From Leucoraja ocellata (lineage: Eukaryota): a DNA stretch of 64,000 nt. Position 1 is the stretch's first letter. Each line of letters starts with the position of its first letter. This document shows, in pieces, positions 1 through 11,991 of the stretch. Both the position numbers and the translations under genes were made by a program. Below the pieces are notes generated by a model, which saw only the letters and a list, made by a program, of their open reading frames with translations, was not told the origin of the DNA and made no database searches. The stretch covers positions 1-64,000 of the forward strand of contig JAWMAR010000614.1 in the NCBI GenBank assembly GCA_036785375.1. Reading direction: 5' to 3'.

Positions 1-1844
1 CTATGTTAACTTTTGTCCAGAACTGAACTGCGCAGCATCAGCAAAGATAAGATATTATTAAAGTCTGTAGTGAATGCCGGTCTTCCTTTAGCAGTTTCTT
101 TTAAACGATTAACCGAAAGACCATTGACTTATATCCAATCATTTTAATTATCAAGGGTATGTGAGGATTAGAACATATTTCCAGATTTTGTTTAATGCTA
201 TACAGTTAAGATGTCGAAATTGTTTAATGATTCATACATAATTAGATTGTCAAATACATTAAAGCAGATTAGCATTGAATGCAGACTTACACGGTACGCT
301 TTTACCATCAGGAATAATTTAATTCATTTAAATAACAATTTATGTTTGACCTAGCTTTTCGTGCTGATAAAGATAACTTATCAAATTATCTCCCCCAATT
401 CTGTTGAAATGTAAAACCACTCTGGACTCTAATTGTTCAAAGTCTTTAATTGTAATCTTCAACTTAAAATTCAAAGTAAGACTTAGTTACTTGTCCCAAA
501 TGGACCACGCCGATGATCAGTGAGGGCTCTCGGTGCGTTTGGTTACACACATTGGTCACTGGGAAAAATCCCAGTCATGTTGGATATCAGTGGAACGGTC
601 GGAACACGTTTGGTTTGCAGGGACGGGTCGGGGCAATTGATGTCAGGAGAACGGGTTGATTTTTTTCCATAAACAGAAAGCGGAGAAGCCAGTCCAACGG
701 GTTTGACATAACCCGGAACAAGTAGCGCACAGCATCACGCCTCCCCCCACACAAAAAAAAAGCACCCGAACTAACCCCTCTGTCTTACACCAGCTCTGTA
801 AACTTGATGGGTCTTTACAGAAACCCTTGTAAATGTTTTACAGCTGGCGGCAGGAAAGGAGGACTGTATTAAAAAATAAGTTAGATAACAGAAGGGACCG
901 TGAGGACCAGATTTGCAACGCCTTCCACCATGGGCTATGATAACAAAGAAAGCTTTTGGCGGTAGATTCTTCCAAAAGCAATTTGCAAAATGTCTGGCGT
1001 CTCCCACTCACATATTGGCTTTGAGTCCTCCAAATTCCACGCAGTTTATTTTACGCTTAGAACACGTACTCTATTAAAAAGAGATCGGAGGCAGGCAATA
1101 ACCTTTATAGTCTGTTAACCTACGAAAGGATTGTTTTCGTTTAAACCTGTTTGTTTCACTCTTTAATTTTCGGTGCAGCGTCACGTGATAGGTCTCGTGA
1201 AACATTCAAGATGCAAGACGTAGTTTATTTAAACAAATCTCTGGTAAGATCGACTTCACGTTGCCAAAGGGGCAAGTTGGAATCGATCTTATCAAGGCTG
1301 GCATTCTCTGATATTATGCATTGTTTTTAACACAGCTGACTTCAATTGGTGACTTTCTTTAATGAGATAACACAATTATTCAGTTTGCATGTCCCACCAG
1401 ATTAAGTTTATAAAATCTGATGCTTTAAAACTGAAGTACTAATGCCCCATTAAAAAATATTCCATCGAAATAAAATGCACTTGTTTCTGGTTCTATCGAT
1501 ACTGATAACAAAATAGTTCCGACAAAAGTTACGTAACAAGGGCGTTGTAAAATTATTTTATGGAAATGTGTTAAAAAAAAAAACACTTAATATTTGCATG
1601 GTGAATGGCATTAGAGGGCATTTACGTACAAACGCCCCGAAAGGTTGGGCTATGTTAAAGAGGCCGCTGGGCACACGGAGTTTAAACGAAGCAAAGCTTA
1701 GCCGAGTGTCCTGCTTCTTTAAGAAAGCCCATTCGCTGATCTGACTGAACTGTCTGACTACGGTCTTTTGGTTGTCTAGCTGTATTTCGACAAAACTTTT
1801 TTTTTTCTTGCTGTCCAAAAGTCTGGCCACGGTGTTACCAGTAA

Positions 1845-2253
1845 CACCCACCACCACCACCACCACCCCTCCCCCCCACCGCTTGTCTGATTACATCCAG
1901 TAATTCTCGTCTGAATGAACGTCATTTACAATAGTAGGGTAGCGCTCGCTGGCCGCTTCACGCTCGATTTGCCACCATTCTTCCTTTAAGTATTCGAGTA
2001 ATATTAATAGTCATGAATATCAATTATTATGAGGCGGTATAGAGTGGCAGAGAGGGATGTGGACAGTTACCATCTTGCTTTGGATAGGGGAGCACTGCTT
2101 GTGAAGTTGGAGTTTAAAAAATCTACAGTATTTGTCCTTTTTTTGAGCGATTTTGATGGATATAGTGTTGGAGATACTTCAGGCTATCGGTCGTCTCTCC
2201 CTGCAGTCTCTCTGCGTTTCTGGTTGAATTGTCTGTGATCAGATTTACTACAG
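1845..2253 (+). promoter_or_regulatory. Putative promoter and 5' UTR of exon 1b
   Basis: (CAC)n plus a CCCCTCCCCC Sp/KLF-like box at about 1848-1880, an AT-rich ATATTAAT at about 2001, and CpG-retaining sequence directly upstream of the ATG. The TSS cannot be determined. Confidence 0.45.
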
Positions 2254-2280
2254 ATGTTAGTCCACACTTACACAGCTATG
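2254..2280 (+). CDS. TFAP2B: TFAP2B coding exon 1b (alternative first exon, MLVHTYTAM)
   Basis: ATGTTAGTCCACACTTACACAGCTATG is followed by donor GTGAGT (phase 0). It matches the MLVH(S/T)(F/Y)SAM N-terminus of AP-2 family isoforms and joins in frame to DRHDG of exon 2. Confidence 0.9.
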
Positions 2281-3333
2281 GTGAGTTGGATCAGTGCTCG
2301 ATACAATCCCATTTCGCCACAAACGCCGGTGGCTTTATAATTTGGTCCATAATTGCAGGCTCTTTCTCTCTTGTTTGCACTGTTATCTAATCGGGTTTAG
2401 GTTGGCGCGTCACTTGGCGAAAACTTTCAACTACGCTCCATAGCTTTTGGCGATTTGAGGTTTTAGTTAAATATGGTGTTAAGTTTACTTGACATTCGAC
2501 TTCGAATCCTGGCTGTTTGTTTCTGTTATGGTCGAGGCGACTTTCCCGACACAGTTGCATTATTCGCCGTCACTGAATTTCGTAATTGTGCATTTCCTTC
2601 CGACAATGCCTTGATTTTAGATCTTTTTACGTTCCACGCGTGTTAAAATCCATCCATGCCTTTATATTTCTTAATGTCTGAACTTACATGTGGCGAGTCT
2701 TTGTGGGGCCGTTTGTATGTTGGGATGTACGACTACCTCCAATTTACATTGTTTCATATTAATTGTAATATAACGTAATATAGTGTATTATGAAGCTCCT
2801 TGTACCCCTTCATCAACCCTCGTATTGGTTACCAACAAATACGCCGCCGCAACGCGTGACTTTATCATATTTATATTTAAAGATTTGTTTGGATTTGATG
2901 TTTACGAGGATATGATGATTCCCATCATACCCAGATTCCTTGTACAAATCCATTTGAACCTATGAAGTGATACCTAAAATCCGAAATCTAAAATTCGAGG
3001 CTAGTTGAGATTATATTAATGCTTACGGTTTATCCCCCCCCCCCCCCCCCCCCGTTATAGTTCACGCTCATTGTTGTCAGGATCTTTAGCATTTTCATAC
3101 ATTTTTGCTTCCGTCTTGTTCCGTTTGACTTGCATTTGATTTGACTTGACAAAGCATTGCTTGCTTTGTTAATATTTTTGATCATTTATTAAATGTGTAG
3201 ACAATATTTAATTGGGTAGGGGGGGGGGGGGGAGAAGATAATACGTATTGCCTTCCATCAGTGCGCTGTGGTGGATGTTTTTGTTAATTTTGATGTAGTT
3301 GTGTGTCTTGTTGCTTTTTTGGTATGACTGTAG

Positions 3334-3441
3334 GGCAAATCAAATTACTTGTATGTTTTTGCATATGTGGCTAATAAATAAAATAATAATAATTCATTTA
3401 TTAGCCAAATATGCAAAAACATACAAGTAATTTGATTTGCC
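3334..3441. repeat. 46-bp inverted repeat (1 mismatch, 16-nt AT-rich spacer) made from a LINE-like 3' tail
   Basis: 3334-3379 GGCAAATCAAATTACTTGTATGTTTTTGCATATGTGGCTAATAAAT pairs with 3396-3441 ATTTATTAGCCAAATATGCAAAAACATACAAGTAATTTGATTTGCC. Confidence 0.92.
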
Positions 3442-3568
3442 ATACAAGTAATTTTCTTTGCTCCCCTTTGCATTCACTGTCTTGTTTCTTTTCGTGTGCA
3501 GAAAATACAGCATAAATGTGTCACGTTAAACAGTATTTGGACTAAACCCTGCTATTCCTTCTTTGCAG

Positions 3569-4019
3569 GACCGACACGATGGAGTTAACAGCCACAGTTC
3601 GAGGCTGTCCCAACTCGGGTCGGTCTCCCAGGGACATTATTCCACCGCTCCGCCGCTTTCTCACACCCCAACGTCGGACTTCCAACCACCTTATTTCCCT
3701 CCACCTTACCAACCTCTGCCATATCACCAGAGCCAGGATCCTTATACACACGTCAACGATCCCTATTCCCTGAACGCCCTACACCAACCCCAGCAGCATC
3801 CCTGGCAGCAAAGGCAGCGGCAGGGACGTGGGCGCAGAATCCAGCCTTTTACACCAGCCCCGGGTTCTGCCCCAGATCACAGGGCTGGACCCTCGCCGGG
3901 ATTACCCCGGCGTGCGGCGGCCAGACGTGCTTGTCCACTCTGCTCATGGACTGGATTCGGGAATGGGAGACAGTCTATCTCTACATGGAATCAGCCATCA
4001 AGGAATGGAAGAAATCCAG
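3569..4019 (+). CDS. TFAP2B: TFAP2B exon 2 (Pro/Gln-rich activation domain with PPPY motif); contains an apparent +1 frameshift at about 3823-3825
   Basis: Acceptor ctttgcag|GAC. Reads [22 protein letters not shown]...[14 protein letters not shown]...QRQRQ in the frame of ORF 3563, then VGAESSLL...DPRRDY...RRPDVL...GMEEIQ in the frame of ORF 3828. Donor CAG|gtgagt. Length 451 nt = 3n+1. Confidence 0.95.
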
Positions 4020-7000
4020 GTGAGTCAACTCATATTGAATTGGAATTTTAATTCAAATACAGCTTTTATTGTAACTTTGCACGTCATTTATCTGGAGAGT
4101 AAAATTATGTTTGTAGTCAATGTTAAAGCAGTAGCTCAAGTATTTCGTCATCTTCGATTTGCAATGTTCCAAATATTAGCAGGAAGAATGCAAATTTCAA
4201 AGAGCAACGCATCCTGAGGAGGCAGAAACAGTCAAAATAGATCAATCTCTGGACTTTATATGAGTTTATTTCAAAAGACAAAAGTCATCGGTACAAATTT
4301 GGTCGACAAAGTTTTATTTTACATTGCATTGATATATTTGACGAAGTCTGGCTACTGTGGGAAAGCGGCCCATAGAGACCAGTGCGAGGTGCAAATGATC
4401 AGCTATCGTTTAGCAATCTATACTTCAGAGCATATATATCTTCAGCTATTAGCACAAAATCTGTTTCTGTTAAATAAATATACTGTCGGCCAAAAAAATC
4501 GCTTATCAGAACTGCCCCCCAGAGAGGAAATCATATTGGATAACGAATGATAGTGCTTCATCACACTATTTTCGGGTGTGCGTGGAACGATTTACTGCAT
4601 CTAATCCATTTGAATTGTTATCTCAATTTATTTTGCTAAATCAATTTCATAGATAAATAAATGTAATAACATCGTAGTTGTTAGTTAGATGAGATGAAAT
4701 CGGATGCAGACTTAGAGCCTGTGTGAAATTAGAAAACTTCAAAACTCGTGCCATACTTAGAATGGGAGGTGGGGTGTGGAAAGAAGGGGGCGTTTACTGA
4801 CCACACAAAGTACGAACTACTGGACTTCCTCTAGTTTAATAGTAATCAGGGGTAGCTTTAAGGGAACAGTACAGCGTGCTCGTTGTCGCAATTATCTTAT
4901 GGGATTTGTTTGAGTAAATTATTGTTACTTCGTTGCCAATACTATGTGTGCACGTGTGTGGAATTTGGGAATTATGAGGGGTATGTAGGTAATAGTTAGA
5001 AAATTACGAATTTGATTACCCTGAAAATCAGTACATTTCCCATGAAAATATGCTTATTAACTGCAGGGTCCTGATAAAGTACTGGCCTTTCTCAATGGTG
5101 ATCTATTTGTGTGTGAATAGTCACCAAGCATTGAGGATTGATACAGTTGTTACTGATGTACGTACCTGAATTGAAACATACCATTACTGTAGAAGCTATT
5201 GGAGCCAATATTTTCTTAATTCATTTAAATAAGCATATTTCAAAAGAAAACAGTTTGAATAAAAAAGTACCATCTCTTAATCAAATATGGCCGCTATGGC
5301 CAGCAATTCTGTCTTCTCAATGATGATCGTTTGTGTAGCGTCTCTTTTATTTCAGGCAAGTTTAATACAAAGGAAAACTATGCACATTGAATTATTAATT
5401 TGCAATTGGTAAGTGCAAGTATGAACACCTTTGTGAATCCTGTCTGTTGAACAGACATGGTTTACAGCACTCATTCCAATAATCCTAGCAGAACTGTGCT
5501 TGGCTTGGATGTTTGGTTTTGATTCGCTCTTTTAATAAGTAGCAATCCGGTTATAGTTTTAGTGGTTTGTTAATAATTAAATCTTCCTTTTTTGTTCAAG
5601 CTAGATAAACTCAGTTCAAATAACTAAATTGTAAATAATCGAACATGAACACATTATTTTACAAAGTGCTTAATGCTGCAATTGGTGTGAATCCCAGTTG
5701 CAATCTGGTTCCCGGTATTTCCATTTTAACTGGCATTTTTTAGAAGGCGAAATGGCAATCACGGACTGAATGTTACACTGATTTATGCAAAAAAAAAGAA
5801 TATTATCGCTTCCAAATGTTCACAGGGGACAAGTTTCAGGTCGTTTTGGACATCTGTCCTTCTATAGCACGTTGGTTTGGTAGCTGCTACCGTCTGAACA
5901 AATGAGGCGTTGATGTAGATTTATTGATAGCTACATCACTTATTGTATTGCTGTCTTCCCCGTGAAATGTTTTGTACGCGTGTTCGACTACGCTTTTCAG
6001 CAGGGGGGACTACATTACTCCAGCCAGGCTTAGAGCTAGACACTTTAACCACAGAAGGGCTATCATTTAAGCATGCATTTGTTCATTCACGGTTATTGTA
6101 ATGTGCGCGTGTTATTTTGACATAACTGTGATTATTTTTGCAAATTTAAAATTATGCGTCCAGGATGGGACCACATTAACGTCTCGGTATCCTTTCTATA
6201 CTTACCATATTATTTTGCGATTTCAACTCAAGACGAATGGCGTCAGTCGTAAAATTAATCGTATAGTGTCACAATGATACATGCACATATATCTGTCATC
6301 AAGATTTTAATGTGATTCTTTTTGATTGTAGGATGATATTCTGTTGTACACGCACCAAGCTTCAGAGCACTAGTAATATCATTCACTATGTGGCCAAAGT
6401 CGATTCATCTCCTAAATATATATTTGCAGTAAAGGTGTATTTGGTATTCCAAAACCGACCCGTGACATTGTAGCCAATGTGCATAGAATGGCAGGTCACG
6501 TTTTATATGTTCAGTGTTTGTTCTATAGTTCAGAATTGTTTCGAAATTAATATATAACAATTACCTTAAGCGTCCAACCGCATACGGAAGTGACAGGAAT
6601 AACTTCCACGTCACCTTGAAACATTAAATATATAGACAGTGGAGCATTACTTAGTGACCCCGTTTTAAAATTTAACAAATAAAAAGTCAGGAAACAAAAA
6701 AAATGATTAGAAAAAACTGCAAATTATCAAGGACTTTTTTTATTTACAAGACTTTGGATGTCCCTCCTAATTTCCTCTTAAAACGACCCACAGCCAGATT
6801 AGGTTTTCTTGGAATTGAGATAGTCCCAATTGCAAAAACAATCAGATTCCCGCACCATGGTCCGTATTTTGGAAACAATATTGCGAAACAAAGAAGAACG
6901 CAGTGATTGCTCGGAAACACGGTGCATTTGGAGTACCGTTCGACATTTATCATAAATTGCTCAAAATAAAACTGAATTATCATGGATAACTGTTTCAGCG

Positions 7001-7824
7001 AATAGTGGATCATGTCTGCATGATAGTGCAATAGTGCAGATGATAGCGCCAGAAACGTCTCTGAACAGGAATCCATCCTTGCATTGTGCAAACATAGGCT
7101 TTCTTTTTTAGTGAGTAGGCATCTAATCAAAACCGACGGGTTTATTTTTAACGTCGCCGTCTTAGAATTATCTCCTGAACTATTTTGCTGATTTTAACAA
7201 ATTTAAATGAAAGCATGCATGATTATCTGGTGCAAATGAGATTTCTTAAAGTATAATTATTTCGGCACAAATGCCCAATACGTCATCGCCCCTCTAATTT
7301 GTCCATTCATTTAGATTTAGATTTTACTTGTCCATTTATTTGGATTTAGATTCCACATAATATTTGGCGACGCAGTGTAAATTTGAGCTAAAATAATTAA
7401 AAATATTATCAATACGCTAGTCCTATTGGGCTCCGGTAGGTCAGCCAGACTATTAAAACATTTCAACTAACATTATCGCACTTAAACAATTCGAGTATAT
7501 ATGTTGTCTGATACATTAGAAATAGAGGTATAAAGTATAATATGGATGATTTCAATGAACAGTTTGCATTTGATTAAACTAAACGCTATTTTGCATTAAT
7601 ATAAAAAATGGAAGAAAAAAAATGAATTCGATAAGATTATTGACTATTCTGGTTGCTAAAATGAAAGCACGTTTTCCAGAATGGTTTCGAACCTTTCCAT
7701 GAACAGTTACGTGCTTAATATTTTTGTTTCCCTGTATACATTCTGAAGCCAGATTGTAATATTATCTCCACTGGTAACCAATTTAACTGTCCCGAGTATG
7801 ACATTATTGGAGCCAACACGCCTT

Positions 7825-7912
7825 CCCCCATTGCAGCACCCACTCGCCACCGCTCACCCACCCCCATTGCAGCACCCACTCGCCACCGCTCACCCACCCC
7901 CAATGCAGCACC
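7825..7912. repeat. 36-bp C-rich minisatellite, about 2.4 copies
   Basis: CCCCCATTGCAGCACCCACTCGCCACCGCTCACCCA at 7825 and 7861, with a partial copy at 7897. Confidence 0.92.
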
Positions 7913-10900
7913 TCCTGCCTCCCAGGACACACACACACACACATCCCACAAGAAGACGTAATATAGTCAACCGATTCCCATCCACCTAAAATGCAAACAT
8001 AAATTAAATAAAATGCCATTTCGTAAAAACTTGCAGCATTTTCTGTGTGCTCAGCAAGGAGAACCTTGGCGAGTGAATACTTGGCCATACCCAAAGACCC
8101 AGGCTGGGCCGAGGTGCTTATGAGATAGAATTTACCATCAAAGGTATAGTTTCCATTATCAAAACGCGCTGAAACGGGTAAATGTTAAACTTGGTGCACG
8201 CAATAAGCGGCCCTCTAATCTTTGAGTCTTTAGCAAAGTTTACAGGTTTCGCAACTGTTTGGGGTTTTCCCCCGGATGCAAAGGCTGGTTTGATTTCCGT
8301 CACCATTTGCGGGGGAACGGTGCCAAGAAAACAAAATGACGAAATACAACCTCCTCCTTAAAAAAAACCTCAAATATGCAAACGTCGGCATTTTGTAAAT
8401 TAAAATTTTGATTAAAGACCAAAGATGAAGGGTGTCGACATTTTGTTGACAAAGTTGAGTTATTTAGGTTACAACGATGTTACCCTCAAATACTTGTTAC
8501 TACTTCGAACTTTGGATTATTTGGTTAATTGAAAATGAAAACAACACTAAAGTCTGTCAGAATTAATCATAATTCGGCGAATAGATTTTTACCCAGGAGG
8601 AGAAACGGGAGGAAAGTGTTTACTTGGTTCATTGACGATGATCCCCAACGATGCATTTCGTCCTTATGATCGAGTTCCTCCTAATTCAGCAGTGGATATT
8701 TTTCGATAATCACCCCTTTCTTTCAATATCAGGCTTTATATTGGAACAGATTAGTTGTTATATATTTTAATTAAGGACCAATTGGGAGAAACATTAAAAT
8801 GAAGAATATAACTGTTATTTTGACTTACAAAAAGTACCTATAAGATAATATCCACAAGATAAGTACAGTGATAATACTTTAAGGGTCAGCGGCAGTTTTT
8901 TTTAATAAGAACAAAGGGGAATGAACTTTAACCAAATAAGCAGTTCTTGCCCTAGGCTGAGGAATGATGTTGAATTTTCTACCATTGAGCGTTGCAAGCG
9001 AGTGAGATCTCATTGTCCCCCAATGATCACATATAGTTCCCTGAATCAATTCCTTGTCCCAGTTTTTATATCTCCGCCAGCAAAACTGTCACAAGTCTCG
9101 CTATAATATTACTCCGCGTTTCAAAGTAATTTCTCGCTATGGCGATTAATATATATTACAAAATCCACCGTGTGGGCGCATCTCTTCCACACGTCACTTT
9201 GGTGCACATTCGCGCAGAAAGTCTAACTCCCGTGATACTCGCATCGTGTAGATTGTATCTGGCGGCATGTAATCCAGCCTGGTAAACATTGCCAATCCTT
9301 TCATCTGCACCGCTCTGTGTTTAAATTACAATAGCCGGATTAAATATGACACATAGCTTTATTTTTAACAACAGTGACTCTCATTTCGAGTCACCTGTGG
9401 ACCTGCACAAATAAACAACATTTCGTAAACTGGCTAGCATTTGTGCAACCTGGCAAGAAAAAACGCCTTACAATATAAGAACGGAGATTTTTAAATTGTC
9501 ATTTATATGTGTGGAAATTCTGGGTATATCGTACGAGAATTATTGTATGATATTTATGGAGATAATTCGTCTCCTCGTCTGCCACACCCACCAAGCGGTT
9601 TTAACGACCTTGCTTCTAAATGGAACATACATCAGGATCTGGCTAATTGTAGACAAAAGATATTAACACGCCACCTAGGAAATGGGCCATTCTGGCTTCA
9701 AGGATACAAGCCTGCTTTTAATTTGAAAGCGAGTAATTTGAAATATAGAGGGGGCGCCACTGAAGGCACGGCGTAAAAAGGAAAGCAAACAATAAAAATT
9801 AGACCAAATGCAAGGAGGATACGTTCAGTAAACTGTTTGTAAACGTGCACGCGTTCCCTTTTGCAATTTGTTAAAATCCCGCTGTTCGCATCCCTTTAAA
9901 GCAAAGAGTCTGGTAATTAAAAGTGTGAGTTGTTTTTCCCTCATTTCCGCATGCATTTCTAATTAAATCTTTATGATACTCTCTGTGACTATTAACTGCC
10001 AACATGCTGCGTGAATATCCTCTACAAAAACCCAGCAGGCGGTGATAATTAGATAGAAAATCAAAGTAGACCTTTCTCATTAGCTACACAAACTTCTCCT
10101 GAACATTTTGCTGAAGTGGTTTACTCTAAAGCTCATCTCAAAATATTTTTTCTCCAAAATTATTGCCCGAAGGAAACACGCGTATCTTGTGATAAAAAAT
10201 ATTACTGATTGAATGTATGCAAGATAATTTACTTTTCAATTTATTAAGAGCTAGCATTAGTGAGTCCAGCTACTTTGAATTCGATGCCGTGATATTTCAT
10301 TTCACTATATATGCTATCACCCCATTGCCTATTGTCTGTAACAGACTAAAGCACGTGTCTAGGAGACACGTGGACATTGTCCCACGCTCTGTTAACGTTG
10401 CTTCCACTACCATGTAATAATAAATCGCATGCATTCAAATTAAAATATATGTTGGAAAACTTTTTTTATATCTACCAATGTAAAATATGTTTTGTAGATT
10501 AAATATTAGAAATTCTAGATCATCAACGTCAAAATCGTAAACGTAAAAAAGCATGTAATAAGGTGTAACATTAAATACATGTTGTGTAAAGCAAAGCACT
10601 AACATGAAGTTTGAAGGATTAGTAAAATGATAAAGTAGCGCTTCCTTAAATTATCTCAAATCTTTCAGAAGGAATTAAATATGTAACCCAAATTCTTAAA
10701 CTCCAGTGTATGATATTGGTTTTTTCTTTTAATTATAGTAGGCGATGGGGGATTATCACTCTGGGTTTTTATTTTGTTAATGTAGATGGTCGTTGATGAA
10801 GCATGGCTTTTAGCTCAAGCAAATCTGAGGTACATTCCAAAATTGCAATTCCTGGAAAACCTTGGATAAAAGCAATTACACGAGACATCTATGATTATTT

Positions 10901-11930
10901 GAAGAACATACAAGAGCTAAATCCTCGGAGGGTTACATATTACTTATTTTGTTTAACCAATGTAGATGTAAATAACCAAAACAGAAACAAAGCTAATCAT
11001 TTAAGAAATAATCGTGCGTGTCGTATGGCATTAACCGTCTGACGCTAAGGGTCAGATTATCACACGCATCTGAACACAAGAACACATAATAAGCTTTTGC
11101 AGTTGCACGATCACGATTTAATTAAAGATGTGGCAAGATTTTGTTCTGCCTTGTTCTAAATGGGTCAATATAGCATAGCGTAATTTCCAAACTCTAGTCT
11201 CTAGATGAGTGAATTTCTCCAGAAACTAATTCAAGGAAGGGTATGTGCGTTTTTTTTCTCAACATGATCTACTGAAGGTTCATTGCTGACAAACGTTGCA
11301 ATAATTTATGTCTCTGTTGAGAAAAAACTAAAATATCATACATCTCCTAACATATATTTACTTCAAAGAAGAATTAACATTTTAATTAGTTACTCGTTTA
11401 GTCAGTAACATTTGCTTTGGAAGAATGACAGTATGTTTATTAATGATACTATTACATAATTATCTAATCGGAGGTGCTCACATGTGCTATTTTATTAAGC
11501 ATGTATCACGAACATACGTATTATTGTATAATGCATTGAATATATAGATGTTATTACACACATATTTGCACAGCTACATATAGCTGGGTAAATTTGCCAC
11601 TAGGTAAAATATGTTAAATTCATTTACATAACTGTACATTTTAAACAAATATATGCTTTTGTTCATGAATTTGTTCGGAATGTTTTCCGCGATAACAACA
11701 AAAAGCGCTTGGGTCCCAGATGTTAGGCAGCTTATTTTCAGATAATATGTAATTTTGGAGAATTTGATTTCCTTTGGTAATTTCGTCTTAGAATAATAAA
11801 CCCTCAAACAGGTAATATAAATGGAAATAACAGATAGTCGATTTCAGTTGAGCTTGATTTATATACATGACTGTTTAATATCAAGTCAATTTGAATTGTG
11901 ATATGACCTCTTTTTTATATATATTAACAG

Positions 11931-11991
11931 GCTTTGGATGACACGGGTACCACTGGCATGAGTTTATTGGACCAGTCCGTCATTAAAAAGG
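11931..11991 (+). CDS. TFAP2B: TFAP2B exon 3 (61 nt, ALDDTGTTGMSLLDQSVIKK)
   Basis: Acceptor ttaacag|GCT and donor G|gtatgg. Translates to ...GMSLLDQSVIKK, matching AP-2 beta GMNLLDQSVIKK. Not in the ORF track; found by reading the sequence. Confidence 0.93.

Noticed and set aside
1-2250. Search for the [27 protein letters not shown] first exon
   Set aside because: No matching sequence was seen. It is presumably upstream of the window, so it is not annotated.
3563-4217. Overlapping ORFs 3563-4051 and 3828-4217 as two genes or a programmed ribosomal frameshift
   Set aside because: They are the two halves of TFAP2B exon 2 split by one extra base. There is no slippery heptamer, and the extensions past 4019 are intron.
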